From a virus (taxonomy: Duplodnaviria > Heunggongvirae > Uroviricota > Caudoviricetes): a stretch of 64,000 bases of DNA. This document shows positions 19,559-30,600 of this stretch, piece by piece. The notes beneath the pieces are model-generated. The model saw only the letters and a list, made by a program, of their open reading frames with translations. It did not search any database and was not told the origin of the DNA. Location of the stretch: the IMG/VR virus record IMGVR_UViG_3300031784_000007; one strand, written 5' to 3'. The translations under genes and the position numbers were made by a program. Position 1 is the first letter of the stretch. Every line of letters begins with the position of its first letter.

Positions 19559-21121
19559 ATGAAATTTAAAAAATTAAAAGCCGAAATTGAAGAATTAGAA
19601 GACAAATTAACTACCAACGAAGACCTACAAGAATCAATACAAAACGAACAAAAAGAGATTATTAATGAAATGAAAAAAATTGGGATTGAAAGATTACCAT
19701 ATTCATATTCATCACTTGGTAGATTTATTGACCCAAAAACAATGAATGTTCATTACAACAAACATTATAAAGGGTATGTTGAAAAATTAAATGCGGCACT
19801 TGCAAATCTTAAAGGTGCCGATGCTGAACTTGAAGAAATTGTAAAAGGTATTTCAAGATATAACAAAACTGTTAAAAACAATGCGGGTGGTGCCTTTAAC
19901 CACGCTTTGTTTTGGAAAATGTTATCGCCAAAGAAACAAACCATTAACGGTCCTGTAGAAGAAAAAATTAAAAAAGACTTTGGTTCTTACGAAGAATTCA
20001 AAAAACAATTCACGGAAAAATCACAAAAGAATTTTGGTTCAGGATGGTGTTGGTTGGTAATTAATGGTCAAGGTAAATTAAAAATTGTTACGACATCAAA
20101 CCAAGATAACCCATTAATGAATACCGTCAAAGATGGTGGATATCCAATATTGGGTCTTGATTTGTGGGAACACGCATATTATTTAAGATACCAAAACAAA
20201 AAAGATGAATATATAGGAAAATTTTTCTCAGTTATTAATTGGGACTTTGTTAACACACTTCTTATATCTAAAAACGAAAAAAAACTTAACGAAGAAAAGT
20301 TAGCTGGTGAATTACTTGTTGAAACAAGAGAAAGTATAGGTTGTTCAACAACAGAGGTTAAAGAAATAAACAAAATGTTTTCAATGAACACACAAGTAAA
20401 ATATAAATTCATGAATACAATCAACACAATCATGAAAGAAAAATTTTCAGAATATTGGTTTGAAAAAGACCAATATGAACCAGGTTCAATGTCAGGAATT
20501 TATAATTACGGAAAACCAGGTCGTTCAGTTATTAACAAATTAAATACAAATTACAGTTCGTTTTGTATTTTGATGAATGATTTAAATTTTTATTTAATTA
20601 AAAACAATATAAAACCTATATCATTTGGGGATAAAGATAAATTTGCACAAATTAAAGAAGTTGAAAGATTTACAAAATATCTTTATGATTTAAGAGACCG
20701 AATCTTTAACTTGTCAACATCTAAAACTTTTCAAAATATTGTACAGAAATTAGTACAAACCGATTCCAAAGGTGAGGAAAGAGAAGATATTACTGTTATA
20801 GCATTAAGAAAAATATTTGGAACTGAAGACGTTCACAAAATTGGTGGATTGGGTTCTGAAGAAGATATGATTTCGGGTGTTGATGCGATTATTAATAAAG
20901 ATGGTCAAAGATTGACAGCACAAATTAAACCATTTAGTGGTGTAAAAGATTTTAATGATGATAGTGTTATGGTGTTCGGAGCGAGCGCACCAAAACAATA
21001 TAAAACTGATTATTTAGTTTTTAATAATAAAAACAAGACAGTCGTATTCAAAAATCAAAATACAAAAATTATTGATGGTAATTATGTATTTCCAAAATCA
21101 AACATATTTGGAGATATTTGA
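19559..21121 (+). CDS. sod: Fe/Mn superoxide dismutase (Mn-type signature) fused to a C-terminal PD-(D/E)xK-like domain
   Basis: LPYSYSSL, HYNKH, NNAGGAFNH, FGSGWCWL, TSNQD and DLWEHAYY include all metal ligands. A further ~280 aa follow, with E..GVD..AQIK. Confidence 0.9.
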   Translation: MKFKKLKAEIEELEDKLTTNEDLQESIQNEQKEIINEMKKIGIERLPYSYSSLGRFIDPKTMNVHYNKHYKGYVEKLNAALANLKGADAELEEIVKGISRYNKTVKNNAGGAFNHALFWKMLSPKKQTINGPVEEKIKKDFGSYEEFKKQFTEKSQKNFGSGWCWLVINGQGKLKIVTTSNQDNPLMNTVKDGGYPILGLDLWEHAYYLRYQNKKDEYIGKFFSVINWDFVNTLLISKNEKKLNEEKLAGELLVETRESIGCSTTEVKEINKMFSMNTQVKYKFMNTINTIMKEKFSEYWFEKDQYEPGSMSGIYNYGKPGRSVINKLNTNYSSFCILMNDLNFYLIKNNIKPISFGDKDKFAQIKEVERFTKYLYDLRDRIFNLSTSKTFQNIVQKLVQTDSKGEEREDITVIALRKIFGTEDVHKIGGLGSEEDMISGVDAIINKDGQRLTAQIKPFSGVKDFNDDSVMVFGASAPKQYKTDYLVFNNKNKTVVFKNQNTKIIDGNYVFPKSNIFGDI

Positions 21122-21135
21122 TATTTATAAAGAAG

Positions 21136-22251
21136 ATGGCAATTATTGTAGAACCAGAAAGAAGTAAACTCTATAGAAGAATTAAAGCCCTTCTTGGTGC
21201 ACCTGTTAGAGGTGTTGAGTTAGAAGATGAGCAAATGGACTCATTATTAGAACTTGCGATTGGGGATTACGAACAATATATTTTAGATTGGTTAATTGAA
21301 GCACAATGGACTTCTTTATATGGACTGAACCTTGACGAACAGTCTTTAACAAGGGCACTTACCAAAAGAAGTTTAGATTGGGAAACACAATACACTTACG
21401 CATATTCAAAGATAGTTGGATTACAAGCTGGTGGTGATTGGGTACTTAAAAAAGATTATGTTGATTTGGTTCCGAACCAACAAATTTATGAAATACCTAA
21501 GGGTCGTGAAATTAATGAACTTTTATGGTTCATGAGAGCCGAATTAAACAATTCATTATTCGACCCATTTATGGGTGGATTTGGAGGATTTGGTGGAACT
21601 GGATTAGGTGGTCCTGGCGGATTTGCACAATTTGGTGCAAGTGGAAGTTATTTTATGATGCCAGCGTTTGACGTTGTGTTAAGAATGGCGGATAGAAATC
21701 TCAAACAAAGAATGATTGTTGGTGATTTGACATATAGAATTACAGCATTGCCTGAAGGAAAAAAAGCATTACACTTATACAACACACCTGGTGGAAGATT
21801 TGATTTTTCAAATATTGGATTTAACGAATATAGATGTTGGTATTGGTACTACGATACTGATGGTGACCGTGATGATTGTTTGGCTGCAAATCCTGACATT
21901 GTTAGATTACCATCTGACATACCATTAGAAGCGTTAAATTGGCAGGACCTTAATACACCCGCACAACAATGGGTTAGAAGATGGTTTACCGCTTACTGTA
22001 AAGAAACATTAGGTCGTATTTATGGTAAATACAGTGGTAACCTTAAAACCCCTGACTCTGAACTAACATTGGACTACACATCTTTGTTAGGTGAGGCTAA
22101 AGATGAAAGAGCAAAACTTGAAGAAGAATTAAAATTACGTCTTGAAAGATTAAGTCCTGTTAAACAAATGGAAAAGGAAGCCTTAATTGCTGAAAACCTA
22201 AATAAACAATTAAAATATAGAGCGTTCCCAAGTCCCTATAATGTAATTTAA
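21136..22251 (+). CDS. Neck protein (T4 gp13-like head-tail adaptor)
   Basis: LLGAPVRGVELEDEQMD..AI; WVRRWFTAYCKETLGRIYGKY. ATG at 21136 follows TATTTATA. Confidence 0.7.
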   Translation: MAIIVEPERSKLYRRIKALLGAPVRGVELEDEQMDSLLELAIGDYEQYILDWLIEAQWTSLYGLNLDEQSLTRALTKRSLDWETQYTYAYSKIVGLQAGGDWVLKKDYVDLVPNQQIYEIPKGREINELLWFMRAELNNSLFDPFMGGFGGFGGTGLGGPGGFAQFGASGSYFMMPAFDVVLRMADRNLKQRMIVGDLTYRITALPEGKKALHLYNTPGGRFDFSNIGFNEYRCWYWYYDTDGDRDDCLAANPDIVRLPSDIPLEALNWQDLNTPAQQWVRRWFTAYCKETLGRIYGKYSGNLKTPDSELTLDYTSLLGEAKDERAKLEEELKLRLERLSPVKQMEKEALIAENLNKQLKYRAFPSPYNVI

Positions 22252-22255
22252 TTTT

Positions 22256-22591
22256 ATGCCAATATTAAGGAGTATACCGAGTAAAAAAATTATTAACGGA
22301 ATTGAAGTAAAAACATCTGAGGTCGCTTTAATTTCCGAATCAAATTACACAACAACAGGTGAATACGCAATTGTGATTAAAACTGTTGAACATTGTGATT
22401 TGTTATTAGATAGTAAAACAACTGACCACATTGTTGTCAAAGCTCTTACCAAAGTTACAATTAGACCCGATAAGAGCAAAATTGACGAACAATATGATGA
22501 AGTTGAAATTGGAAAAGGTGCATGTGTTGAGTTTCACTTTATAGGTGGAAACTGGTACATCTTATCTTCAGACGGTCTCAAATTGGACTAA
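22256..22591 (+). CDS. Hypothetical beta-rich protein, probably structural
   Basis: 111-aa ORF directly after the neck gene; overlaps the 3' end of the polymerase gene. Confidence 0.6.
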   Translation: MPILRSIPSKKIINGIEVKTSEVALISESNYTTTGEYAIVIKTVEHCDLLLDSKTTDHIVVKALTKVTIRPDKSKIDEQYDEVEIGKGACVEFHFIGGNWYILSSDGLKLD

Positions 22592-25297
22592 TTCTTGTTC
22601 CCATCCATCTTCAGCTAAATCATAGATATAGTCAGGACTAATACCAACCCTATCCCAAAACTTCACTTCTTGTTCAGAAACCGTTAAAACATCTACCAAT
22701 TTATCTTGGTCGGTATCCTCGAAAGGGTGACCATTGATTAATTGACATTGTTCTTTTGTATAGAATTCCCTCTTACTTGGGTTATCAATAATCAAAGAAT
22801 CTCTAACATCATCTTTAAACACAACCATCAAAGGTTCAATACGTTTGTTAAATGTTGTTATTGCTCTCGCTATATTATACTCACCCAACATATCAGGATT
22901 TCTTTCAAGTTCCTCATTGTCCAATCTATAGGCATTGATTACCAATGAGTCAACTTTTTTAACAACATCACCATGTGATGCTTTTGTACCGTTGTTAACA
23001 TAAAAAATTACATCACCCAAGTTAGCCGCAATACCATCATGAATAATAAGTTCCATATGTGCTTGTCTTGACATCATACTTCCTGATTTGGTTTTTTGAC
23101 CACATCTTACTTTGTAATCCTCAATAGAAATTTTAACTTTAGCACGAGACGCAATTTGTTTTAATGGAATTTGTTTGTTAAAGATTTTTTCTAAGTATTC
23201 ATAATACCACTCAACAAATTGTTGACCTTCACCCATCAATAACATTTTGATTCCTTTGTCCAAAAACGCTTCAATATACAACGGTAATTTCTTTGATTTG
23301 ATTGTATTACCAACCAATTTAATTTTACCTTTGTCAGTCATCAAGGCATAGTTCTTACGTGCTAAGTTAATACAAGATGGCCAAACACCATCATTATCCA
23401 AAGCCATTTCACCTTTCATGAACAAGTCATTATATTCTGCAATGTCAGCTGCGGCACCCATATATTCCTTACCTTCAACCACTTTCCAATTCAAACCTTT
23501 ACCAATGTATTTACGGGATTCAACATTCACAGGTGATGAAAAGTTCACACCATCCGTATCCATAACCAACGGGTCATATCCACGATTCATAAAGAACTTA
23601 ATCATCTGACGTAGATATTGTCTACCTGTACAAGTAATCCTTTCACCCTGATTCATATCACCCCAGTGAAATACTTGAGGTGCTGATAAAGCTCCAAACA
23701 TTGAGTTAATAAAAATCTTAATTGGTAATTGTTTACGGTCATAAGATTTAGATTTTACAGGGTCACTCTTTTCAAACTCTTCGGCCAATTGTTTATACAT
23801 AATACGAGCATTTCTAAAGTACGTTAACATACCTTTCATTACTCCTGTTATATCACAATCAGGGAATACGTCGTGAACCAACTGAATTGACGGATACAGT
23901 GAACTAAAGTCAAGTTTCAATACATCGGTTGAATACCCAACTTTAACCAAACGTGACAATCCACCAACAAAGTCTTGTTTCTGTTGTTTAGCGGGAATTG
24001 CAAGTCCATGTTTATACGACCAAGCTCTCATTTGGATTTCCCAGAGTGTTGCTGTTCCCATCGTGGCAATCCTTTGATATGTTGTTGGAACCAAAGAAGC
24101 CAACAGGAATGAACCCTGATTAAACTCTTCATCAACTCTTAATGTCTCAATTAAGTCATCGTCAAGATATCTTTCAACAATGTTATCACCTGTTGTTTTA
24201 ATATAGGTATCTTCTCTTCTTTCACACACTTCATCAACCTTTGGGTCAATACCACATTTTTTGTACTTACCATTTTGGGTGTTTAACCAATAATCTTCTT
24301 TCTTGGCATACATGGAACCAATATCGGTATGGTCAATGTAGATACGGTCAGCGTCTTCAGCTTCCAAATATTGAACAATATATTTCAAACCAGCAGATTT
24401 GATATTTGAGTTAATAGCTTGTGCACGTCTTACTGAGTGTAATGCGTCAATAACATTATAACCCCAAATTGATGTTTGAACGTAATCCTCAATTTCGTTT
24501 GCCAATTTCAACAAACCTTTTGATTGTGTAATTGATTTTTCAGGGTTAAGTGATTTACAGATTCTTTTCATATCCAATCCCAAAGCTTTTGCCCTTTCAA
24601 ATATCCAATGCCAGTCAAACGCAAATCCGTTATATGACACAATAATGGATGGTTTAATTTCATGGATATAGTTAAAAAAATCTATGATACCTTGTTTTTC
24701 CTGTTCCTCATTTGAACATTCAATAACCTTGTGAAACCCTTTGTTTGTCTTTAATCCAAACATGAATATTCTACCATCTTTTGGTTCCAAAGCGGTAGTT
24801 TCTAAGTCAAATACAAAACGGGTTACGTCATCATAACTTTCAAACCCTTTGAAAAGACGTTTTTCTTTTTGAATCAAAAATTGTTCAATCGGTGGAAGAA
24901 TCAAAACTTTTTCTTTTGCCTTTTCACCATATGGGTCAATTCCACCATCACGGAAAAATTGTAATAATGTTCTATAACCCTTCAAAGATTTAACCATAAA
25001 TGATAAACCTTCTTCAAGTCTTTTATTTCCTTCTGTTTTTAGTTTTTCAATAACAATTCCGTATTTGGACATTGCTTCTTTTTGTAACCCCTTTGAACCT
25101 TGATAAAAGTTGAGACCACGTAAATCACCAACCCAAGCAAATGGAATAAAGGTATCACGTTTAACAATCTTCCCTTTTATGGGGTCTTCAATAATTTTGT
25201 AGATGGAGTCACTAACGTAGTCAAATTCAACACTGACTATGTACTGTTCAGGGTCAGAGCCCTTCAAAAAATCTTCAATTTCTTCTGCTGGTATCAT
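22568..25297 (-). CDS. polB: Family B DNA polymerase
   Basis: ExoI FDLET, ExoII SYNGFAFDW, region II DFSSLYPSI, region III KIFINSMFG, region I MDTDG. Confidence 0.95.
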   Translation of the reverse strand: MIPAEEIEDFLKGSDPEQYIVSVEFDYVSDSIYKIIEDPIKGKIVKRDTFIPFAWVGDLRGLNFYQGSKGLQKEAMSKYGIVIEKLKTEGNKRLEEGLSFMVKSLKGYRTLLQFFRDGGIDPYGEKAKEKVLILPPIEQFLIQKEKRLFKGFESYDDVTRFVFDLETTALEPKDGRIFMFGLKTNKGFHKVIECSNEEQEKQGIIDFFNYIHEIKPSIIVSYNGFAFDWHWIFERAKALGLDMKRICKSLNPEKSITQSKGLLKLANEIEDYVQTSIWGYNVIDALHSVRRAQAINSNIKSAGLKYIVQYLEAEDADRIYIDHTDIGSMYAKKEDYWLNTQNGKYKKCGIDPKVDEVCERREDTYIKTTGDNIVERYLDDDLIETLRVDEEFNQGSFLLASLVPTTYQRIATMGTATLWEIQMRAWSYKHGLAIPAKQQKQDFVGGLSRLVKVGYSTDVLKLDFSSLYPSIQLVHDVFPDCDITGVMKGMLTYFRNARIMYKQLAEEFEKSDPVKSKSYDRKQLPIKIFINSMFGALSAPQVFHWGDMNQGERITCTGRQYLRQMIKFFMNRGYDPLVMDTDGVNFSSPVNVESRKYIGKGLNWKVVEGKEYMGAAADIAEYNDLFMKGEMALDNDGVWPSCINLARKNYALMTDKGKIKLVGNTIKSKKLPLYIEAFLDKGIKMLLMGEGQQFVEWYYEYLEKIFNKQIPLKQIASRAKVKISIEDYKVRCGQKTKSGSMMSRQAHMELIIHDGIAANLGDVIFYVNNGTKASHGDVVKKVDSLVINAYRLDNEELERNPDMLGEYNIARAITTFNKRIEPLMVVFKDDVRDSLIIDNPSKREFYTKEQCQLINGHPFEDTDQDKLVDVLTVSEQEVKFWDRVGISPDYIYDLAEDGWEQELVQFETV

Positions 25298-25324
25298 AAT
25301 ATTTTCTAGAGTGGTTTATTAGCT

Positions 25325-25339
25325 TCCGAACACGTCGGA
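25325..25339 (-). promoter_or_regulatory. GC-rich hairpin in the polymerase 5' leader, candidate translational operator
   Basis: UCCGA-CGUGU-UCGGA, 27 nt before the ATG, with no U-tract. Confidence 0.4.
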
Positions 25340-25382
25340 GTTTACCTTGTCTAAATAAATATATGTTACAGAATTGGTATTA

Positions 25383-25763
25383 TCAACAACAGTATTGAGT
25401 TTTAATAAAAGAAGGGGTTATGTTGATAAACAAAGATTCTCTTATTGGAACAATCAATTCACCGTCAGTTGTTGTGATGCTAAACTCACCCAAATATCTA
25501 CCGGGTGTTCTTGTGTCGTTTGGTGTAAAATTATAATAAATGTAATATTCTTCAGGTGCGTCGGGATTATCTAAAAACTTTTGTGTGATATACGCTGGTT
25601 TTGACGCAATTTTTAAAATACCATTATCGGAATTAATCATTGAAAATGTAATAATTGCATTCTGAAGTGTCTCCATAAAACTTCTGAAGTCGTTTCTTCC
25701 GTCTTTTACAACTTGTAGTTTTAAAGTTGGTAAGGTTGCGTTTTGTTTTATAAAGAATTCCAT
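25383..25763 (-). CDS. BppU-N-like Ig-fold structural protein
   Basis: FFIKQNATLP.LK..Y.F...DT..PGRYLGEF.I pattern. Confidence 0.5.
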   Translation of the reverse strand: MEFFIKQNATLPTLKLQVVKDGRNDFRSFMETLQNAIITFSMINSDNGILKIASKPAYITQKFLDNPDAPEEYYIYYNFTPNDTRTPGRYLGEFSITTTDGELIVPIRESLFINITPSFIKTQYCC

Positions 25764-25792
25764 TATCTATAAATACTTTAATTTTAATATTA

Positions 25793-28693
25793 TTATAAAC
25801 CGTATTTTGATTTATCGGCATTAAAGTTTTGTAATACTTGTGTTGATGTTAATGATGTGTCGTACATTCTTATGACACCAATAGTTCCTTTGAACTTGTT
25901 TAGGGCTGAACTTCCGTCTGCAGTAACTCTACCAGCTATACTTACAAAATTTGTGTTACTTACTTGATTAACACCAGCTAAACTTATACTTCCCGCGGAA
26001 ACACCGTTTCTATAAACCGTGAGAGTCTTGGCAACACCAAAATTAAAGACAGCAACCGCTTGTACCCAAGTATTCACCGTAAATCCCGTCATAATAATAT
26101 TAGGGTTGTTAGCCCCGTCGTAAGCTGCCACGAACATATTACTTGCACCTTCATTAAATCTAATTGTGTAAGGGTATCTAAGAGGTGAGAAGCTGGTATC
26201 CCATTTTTCCAATAGTTCCGCTTCACCTGAGTTTGGTTGACCATTTGAAGGATTAAACCATATTTCAACCGTGTATTGTTCAGTATTTGTAAAGTTTGTA
26301 ACACCATTAACACTTGGGATTCTACCATAAGAAGAACTTCCATTGAAAGTAAAACCACTTAATGCGTTGTAAGTTGGACTACCCGATAAAGTTGCATCCG
26401 TACTACCCACAGTTGTGTCCCAAACAGTTCCTGAACCAACATAACTACTTGGTAATAACTGTAGTTGTAAGTTTGATGTTACAATATTAGGTGTTACTGA
26501 TGGTGTTGGTGTCTGAGTATTAGTTGGTGTTATTGTATTTGTTGGGGTAACCGTAGGTGTTGATGTTGATGTAGGGGTGGGTGTTGGTTCAACAAATCTT
26601 GGAGACAAGAAATTATACTGTTGTTGTATTTCAGAAAGTGACAACTGTCTATTGTAGAAATACATGTTGGCAACATACCCCCAAGGCTGAGGAACGACAT
26701 CATTATTACCCCAACCCCAGTGTGTAGTTCCACCAGCACCAAAAGCAATTTGACTTCCAACTTCAGAACCATTTATGTAGAATTTTTGAGATGAATTTGT
26801 TCCAACAACCGCATATTGAACCCAAACACTTGTTTCACCTGACAAGTCATACCCTGAACTTCTAAACGCACTGTCCCAATAACCCAATATATCGGAGTTA
26901 TTTGGGATGGTAATTGGAGTGTATTTAGGTGAGTTTGTATAAAGTAATGTTCTAAATGATGCAATATTATTTAATTCTAATCTTGCCCAAGTAATATATG
27001 TGTATCCTGAATTTGGTAATAAAGGTCCTGTTGCGTTGTAATTAACTCTATTAGTCCCTGTAGTACAATCAAAACATTTTATACCGTTAAGAACTGTGTA
27101 AGTTGCACCGATTAATGTGTGATTATACCCCCCTGTTATATCATAAACTGTTGTACCTGTTCCGGGATAGCTTGAACTTGTATGTGCGTCAAGTTGGATT
27201 ACCAAACCATTTGTTACAAGATTTGGCGTTGGCGTAATTGTTGGTGTAACCGTTGGTGTTGATGTATTAGTCGGCGTAATTGTTGGTGTAACCGTTGGTG
27301 TTGATGTATTAGTTGGTGTTGGTGTTGGACAAATATAATTTGAGGATGTGTTAATATAGTTTGAATACGTTTGTCCACTTGTTAAGGATGTTGTATAAAT
27401 TTCTAAACTACCAAGTCTGTAATCACCAAATCCTCCGTCACCCATATTTGTACCATCCTGATGTGCAAGTAAATAAAATAGTCCTGACCCGGCATTATAA
27501 GGGGCCAATCTATTTAAGGTTATATTACCAGCACTTACACCATCAACATATGCGGTTAAAGTTGACCCATCATATGTCATACCAACATAATACCAATTAT
27601 TAAGTGGTGTTGATATAGATGAGGTAAAATTAATATTTCCTGTAGTAGTCCATAAACCAAACTTAAGTGTTCCCGAAACCATTTCAATTATAGATGTGTG
27701 CCATCCCGATAAAGAATTTACAACCCCCACTTCAGAAAGTATAACCCCATCACCTTGAGGATAAATCCACATAAATATTGAAGTCACTTCAGACTTGTTT
27801 GGAGAAACACCAGAAAACAATGAACTTAAATTAGTGTTGGTATAGATATACTGTGAAGTACCATTGAAATCTACGAAAGTTCCACATCCTGTACTACCAC
27901 TTGAAGGAGAATTCACAATAGTACCATTACTATTATTTTCTAAATCAAATACGGTTGTAGTTCCTGAATATGAATTACTATCACTAAAATCGTAATATAG
28001 TATTCTACTACTCAACACATTTGTTGGTGTTACAGTGGAAGTTGGTGTTGGGGTTGGTGTGGAATTACTCGATGTCGGCGTAATGGTTGGTGTAATAGTT
28101 GGCGTAACTGTTGGAGTCTCCGTTGAAGTTGCTGTTGGTGTCTGAGTAGGAGTTTCGGTATTGGTAGGAGTTGGTGTTTGGGTAGGAGTTTCGGTATTGG
28201 TAGGAGTTGGCGTTTGGGTAGGAGTCTCGGTGTTAGTTGGTGTTGGTGTTTGGGTAGGAGTTTTGGTATTGGTAGGAGTTGGCGTTTGGGTAGGAGTCTC
28301 GGTGTTAGTTGGTGTTGGTGTCTGAGTTGGTGTTTCGGTATTGGTAGGAGTTGGCGTTTGGGTAGGAGTCTCGGTGTTAGTTGGTGTTGGTGTCTGAGTT
28401 GGTGTTTCGGTATTGGTAGGTGTAACCGTATTTGTTGGTGTTGGCGTTACGGTGCTAGTTGGTGTTGGTGATGGATTTGGTGTTGTAATATCAATTACAA
28501 ATGTTTGGTCGGTACCTGAAAAATATATAAACACTTTACCTTGTGGTGTACCATCGGCAGGAAAATAATCAAAAGGGATAGTTTCTACTCCCAACTCAAA
28601 AGTTTCATTTAATGTTGTATCCAAAAAGGTAACCAAACATGTTTGACCACTATATTCAGTACTTTCAACTCTAAATCCGTAATTATTTGACAT
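25793..28693 (-). CDS. Virion fibre/decoration protein: three LamG (concanavalin A-like) domains joined by Thr/Pro-rich linkers
   Basis: Three modules with L.L.LDA/YYDF..SY.G.GT, FNG.S.Y, W..V..TY/V, Y..G, Y...L...I..NY/F; long TPT repeats. Confidence 0.78.
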   Translation of the reverse strand: MSNNYGFRVESTEYSGQTCLVTFLDTTLNETFELGVETIPFDYFPADGTPQGKVFIYFSGTDQTFVIDITTPNPSPTPTSTVTPTPTNTVTPTNTETPTQTPTPTNTETPTQTPTPTNTETPTQTPTPTNTETPTQTPTPTNTKTPTQTPTPTNTETPTQTPTPTNTETPTQTPTPTNTETPTQTPTATSTETPTVTPTITPTITPTSSNSTPTPTPTSTVTPTNVLSSRILYYDFSDSNSYSGTTTVFDLENNSNGTIVNSPSSGSTGCGTFVDFNGTSQYIYTNTNLSSLFSGVSPNKSEVTSIFMWIYPQGDGVILSEVGVVNSLSGWHTSIIEMVSGTLKFGLWTTTGNINFTSSISTPLNNWYYVGMTYDGSTLTAYVDGVSAGNITLNRLAPYNAGSGLFYLLAHQDGTNMGDGGFGDYRLGSLEIYTTSLTSGQTYSNYINTSSNYICPTPTPTNTSTPTVTPTITPTNTSTPTVTPTITPTPNLVTNGLVIQLDAHTSSSYPGTGTTVYDITGGYNHTLIGATYTVLNGIKCFDCTTGTNRVNYNATGPLLPNSGYTYITWARLELNNIASFRTLLYTNSPKYTPITIPNNSDILGYWDSAFRSSGYDLSGETSVWVQYAVVGTNSSQKFYINGSEVGSQIAFGAGGTTHWGWGNNDVVPQPWGYVANMYFYNRQLSLSEIQQQYNFLSPRFVEPTPTPTSTSTPTVTPTNTITPTNTQTPTPSVTPNIVTSNLQLQLLPSSYVGSGTVWDTTVGSTDATLSGSPTYNALSGFTFNGSSSYGRIPSVNGVTNFTNTEQYTVEIWFNPSNGQPNSGEAELLEKWDTSFSPLRYPYTIRFNEGASNMFVAAYDGANNPNIIMTGFTVNTWVQAVAVFNFGVAKTLTVYRNGVSAGSISLAGVNQVSNTNFVSIAGRVTADGSSALNKFKGTIGVIRMYDTSLTSTQVLQNFNADKSKYGL
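28130..28417 (-). repeat. Eight tandem 36-bp units encoding [12 protein letters not shown], with 72-bp higher-order periodicity
   Basis: Units at 28346-81, 28274-309 and 28202-37 are identical; units at 28382-417 and 28310-45 are identical. Confidence 0.95.
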
Positions 28694-30594
28694 TATGGTG
28701 CCGGTATTAATGTTGCTGTAAAATCCCCACTGTTAACAATACATGCGTTATCAGGACAGTTAAAATTAAACAAACCAAATTTATTTTTTAATATTCTATA
28801 ATTATGTTGTACTTGTGCAGAACCCAATGGTTCAACATACATTCTGAACTCAGATATACCGCCCATAAATGTCCCACCAAAATTTTGTTCTAATAAAATA
28901 TTTGTGGTAAGTCCTGATAAACTTGTTCCACTTAATGTATTATCACACATAACTTCAGGGTCTTGGATATATGGACCTGTTGTCCCGCTACAACCACTAA
29001 ATGTTAATGATTCTCTTAATCCAAAAGTTCCACCACCCCATGATATATTAAATGGAACCCCAATTTGTTTTTCTTTAACTTCGTTCAATTCTCTTGGAAT
29101 AATTTCTTCAAAATCTTCAATGGTCATAAACAATTTACCATTAACAAAGAATTTAAGTTTTCCTAATCTATATTCTCTTTGGTCTAACCATTTTCTGTTC
29201 AGTTGAATTGTCTCAACTTTGCTTGGATAGGTATTTCCCGAGTGTGTTGCTGGTGGTCCAATTAATGATACAGTGTTACCATATGTTGATGCCGTATAAG
29301 TCATTCGTCTAATATCACCCAATCCTCCCATGTTCAATAAATCACATTCATCCCAAGTTATATTTCTTTCAAACACAACATCTAACATCAACCATTTTTC
29401 AATACCTGTTGAACCTGTTGTACATACATCATAGATTCCATCTGTTGAACATATTTCAGTAATGGTATATCCCGATTCAAAAGTTAATCCTGTTGTTTCA
29501 CAAGCTCCCGTTGTTGAACAACTACCTGTTAATAATAAAAATTTAACACACAAATGTGGGTTTGATGGGTCACCCTCGAATCGTAGTGATAATGCATTTG
29601 AAAAAACATCATCTTCAGGATTGTGGTCTTCTTGTACTACAGTTGTTGTGGTACAATTGTGTGATATAGTAATTGCTGAAGATGGGTATAATGTATGACA
29701 ATCAGAATTAGTGAATGCAGTATTCGAACACGCACAAGTTGTTAAACAATCTGTTAATCCTGATGTCACTCTTGTGTACCCTGAAAAAGTATCAGCGGTT
29801 CCTGCTGCGTAATGATAGAATTTGTTTTCAGCTCTTGCTCCCATAAAGAAGAAGGTACCTGAATTTTCAGTATAAATGTTATTTAGATATGTTTGTCCCG
29901 ATGAAGGAACATATTCATCAACCAATCTTGGTTTTAACATCATTTCTACCGTCCACCCTTTATGCATCCTTTCAGGTAAAACTTCATAATCATAACCGTA
30001 TAACTTATAAAACCCTTGTAAATAACCACCGTATAATTCATAGTATTGACCAATAGTTGTTGCTGTTTTGGATACAATATTATATAATGTTTGTGCGGTA
30101 ATTCCTGAAAATCTTTGATTTGGGCTTTGAGTATAACCTGTAACAGGTCTCATTTTAAATCTCCTATCGTAATGTAATGGGTCAAACTTAAAAACATCAC
30201 TAATACCCATTGAATAATATAATGTTTGTCCTGTCATTTCAGTCACAAGTCCATTATCAATTCCTGTTAATCCAACATCACAAACACCTGTAAAGGCACT
30301 ATAACAAGTATCGTTTAATGGGTTAACATTATAATTGTTTAAAGAAATAATTGTATTACCTGAAAAATAATCACCATATGAATATGAAAAATTTTGTGAA
30401 CAACCTGTGTTAGATAATTCAATTGATATTGGTAATCTATTACCATCATTGTATCCAATTAAGTAAGGTGAATAAATAACCTCTTGGTCATATTGTTTTT
30501 CATCGGCAACAAGAAAGAAATCGGTGTATGAACTATCATCCGCTCTTATGTCCAATCTATTAAAATAATAGTTATTTATGTTCTGTGTTGCCAT
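28693..30594 (-). CDS. Cys/Thr/Gly-rich structural protein with a LamG-like C-terminus, 633 aa
   Basis: [24 protein letters not shown]; many Cys; late motif upstream. Confidence 0.55.
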   Translation of the reverse strand: MATQNINNYYFNRLDIRADDSSYTDFFLVADEKQYDQEVIYSPYLIGYNDGNRLPISIELSNTGCSQNFSYSYGDYFSGNTIISLNNYNVNPLNDTCYSAFTGVCDVGLTGIDNGLVTEMTGQTLYYSMGISDVFKFDPLHYDRRFKMRPVTGYTQSPNQRFSGITAQTLYNIVSKTATTIGQYYELYGGYLQGFYKLYGYDYEVLPERMHKGWTVEMMLKPRLVDEYVPSSGQTYLNNIYTENSGTFFFMGARAENKFYHYAAGTADTFSGYTRVTSGLTDCLTTCACSNTAFTNSDCHTLYPSSAITISHNCTTTTVVQEDHNPEDDVFSNALSLRFEGDPSNPHLCVKFLLLTGSCSTTGACETTGLTFESGYTITEICSTDGIYDVCTTGSTGIEKWLMLDVVFERNITWDECDLLNMGGLGDIRRMTYTASTYGNTVSLIGPPATHSGNTYPSKVETIQLNRKWLDQREYRLGKLKFFVNGKLFMTIEDFEEIIPRELNEVKEKQIGVPFNISWGGGTFGLRESLTFSGCSGTTGPYIQDPEVMCDNTLSGTSLSGLTTNILLEQNFGGTFMGGISEFRMYVEPLGSAQVQHNYRILKNKFGLFNFNCPDNACIVNSGDFTATLIPAP

Positions 30595-30600
30595 TCAATA

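Noticed and set aside
24180-24370. Insertion in the PolB exonuclease domain as an intein
   Set aside because: Only ~50 aa, with no Cys/Ser start or His-Asn end and no homing endonuclease motifs.
28130-28417. 36-bp periodic repeat as a CRISPR array
   Set aside because: Units are contiguous with no unique spacers and are in frame within a coding TP linker.
28178-28471. Plus-strand 97-aa ORF with repeated WCW/GRS motifs
   Set aside because: Antisense shadow of the Thr/Pro repeat.
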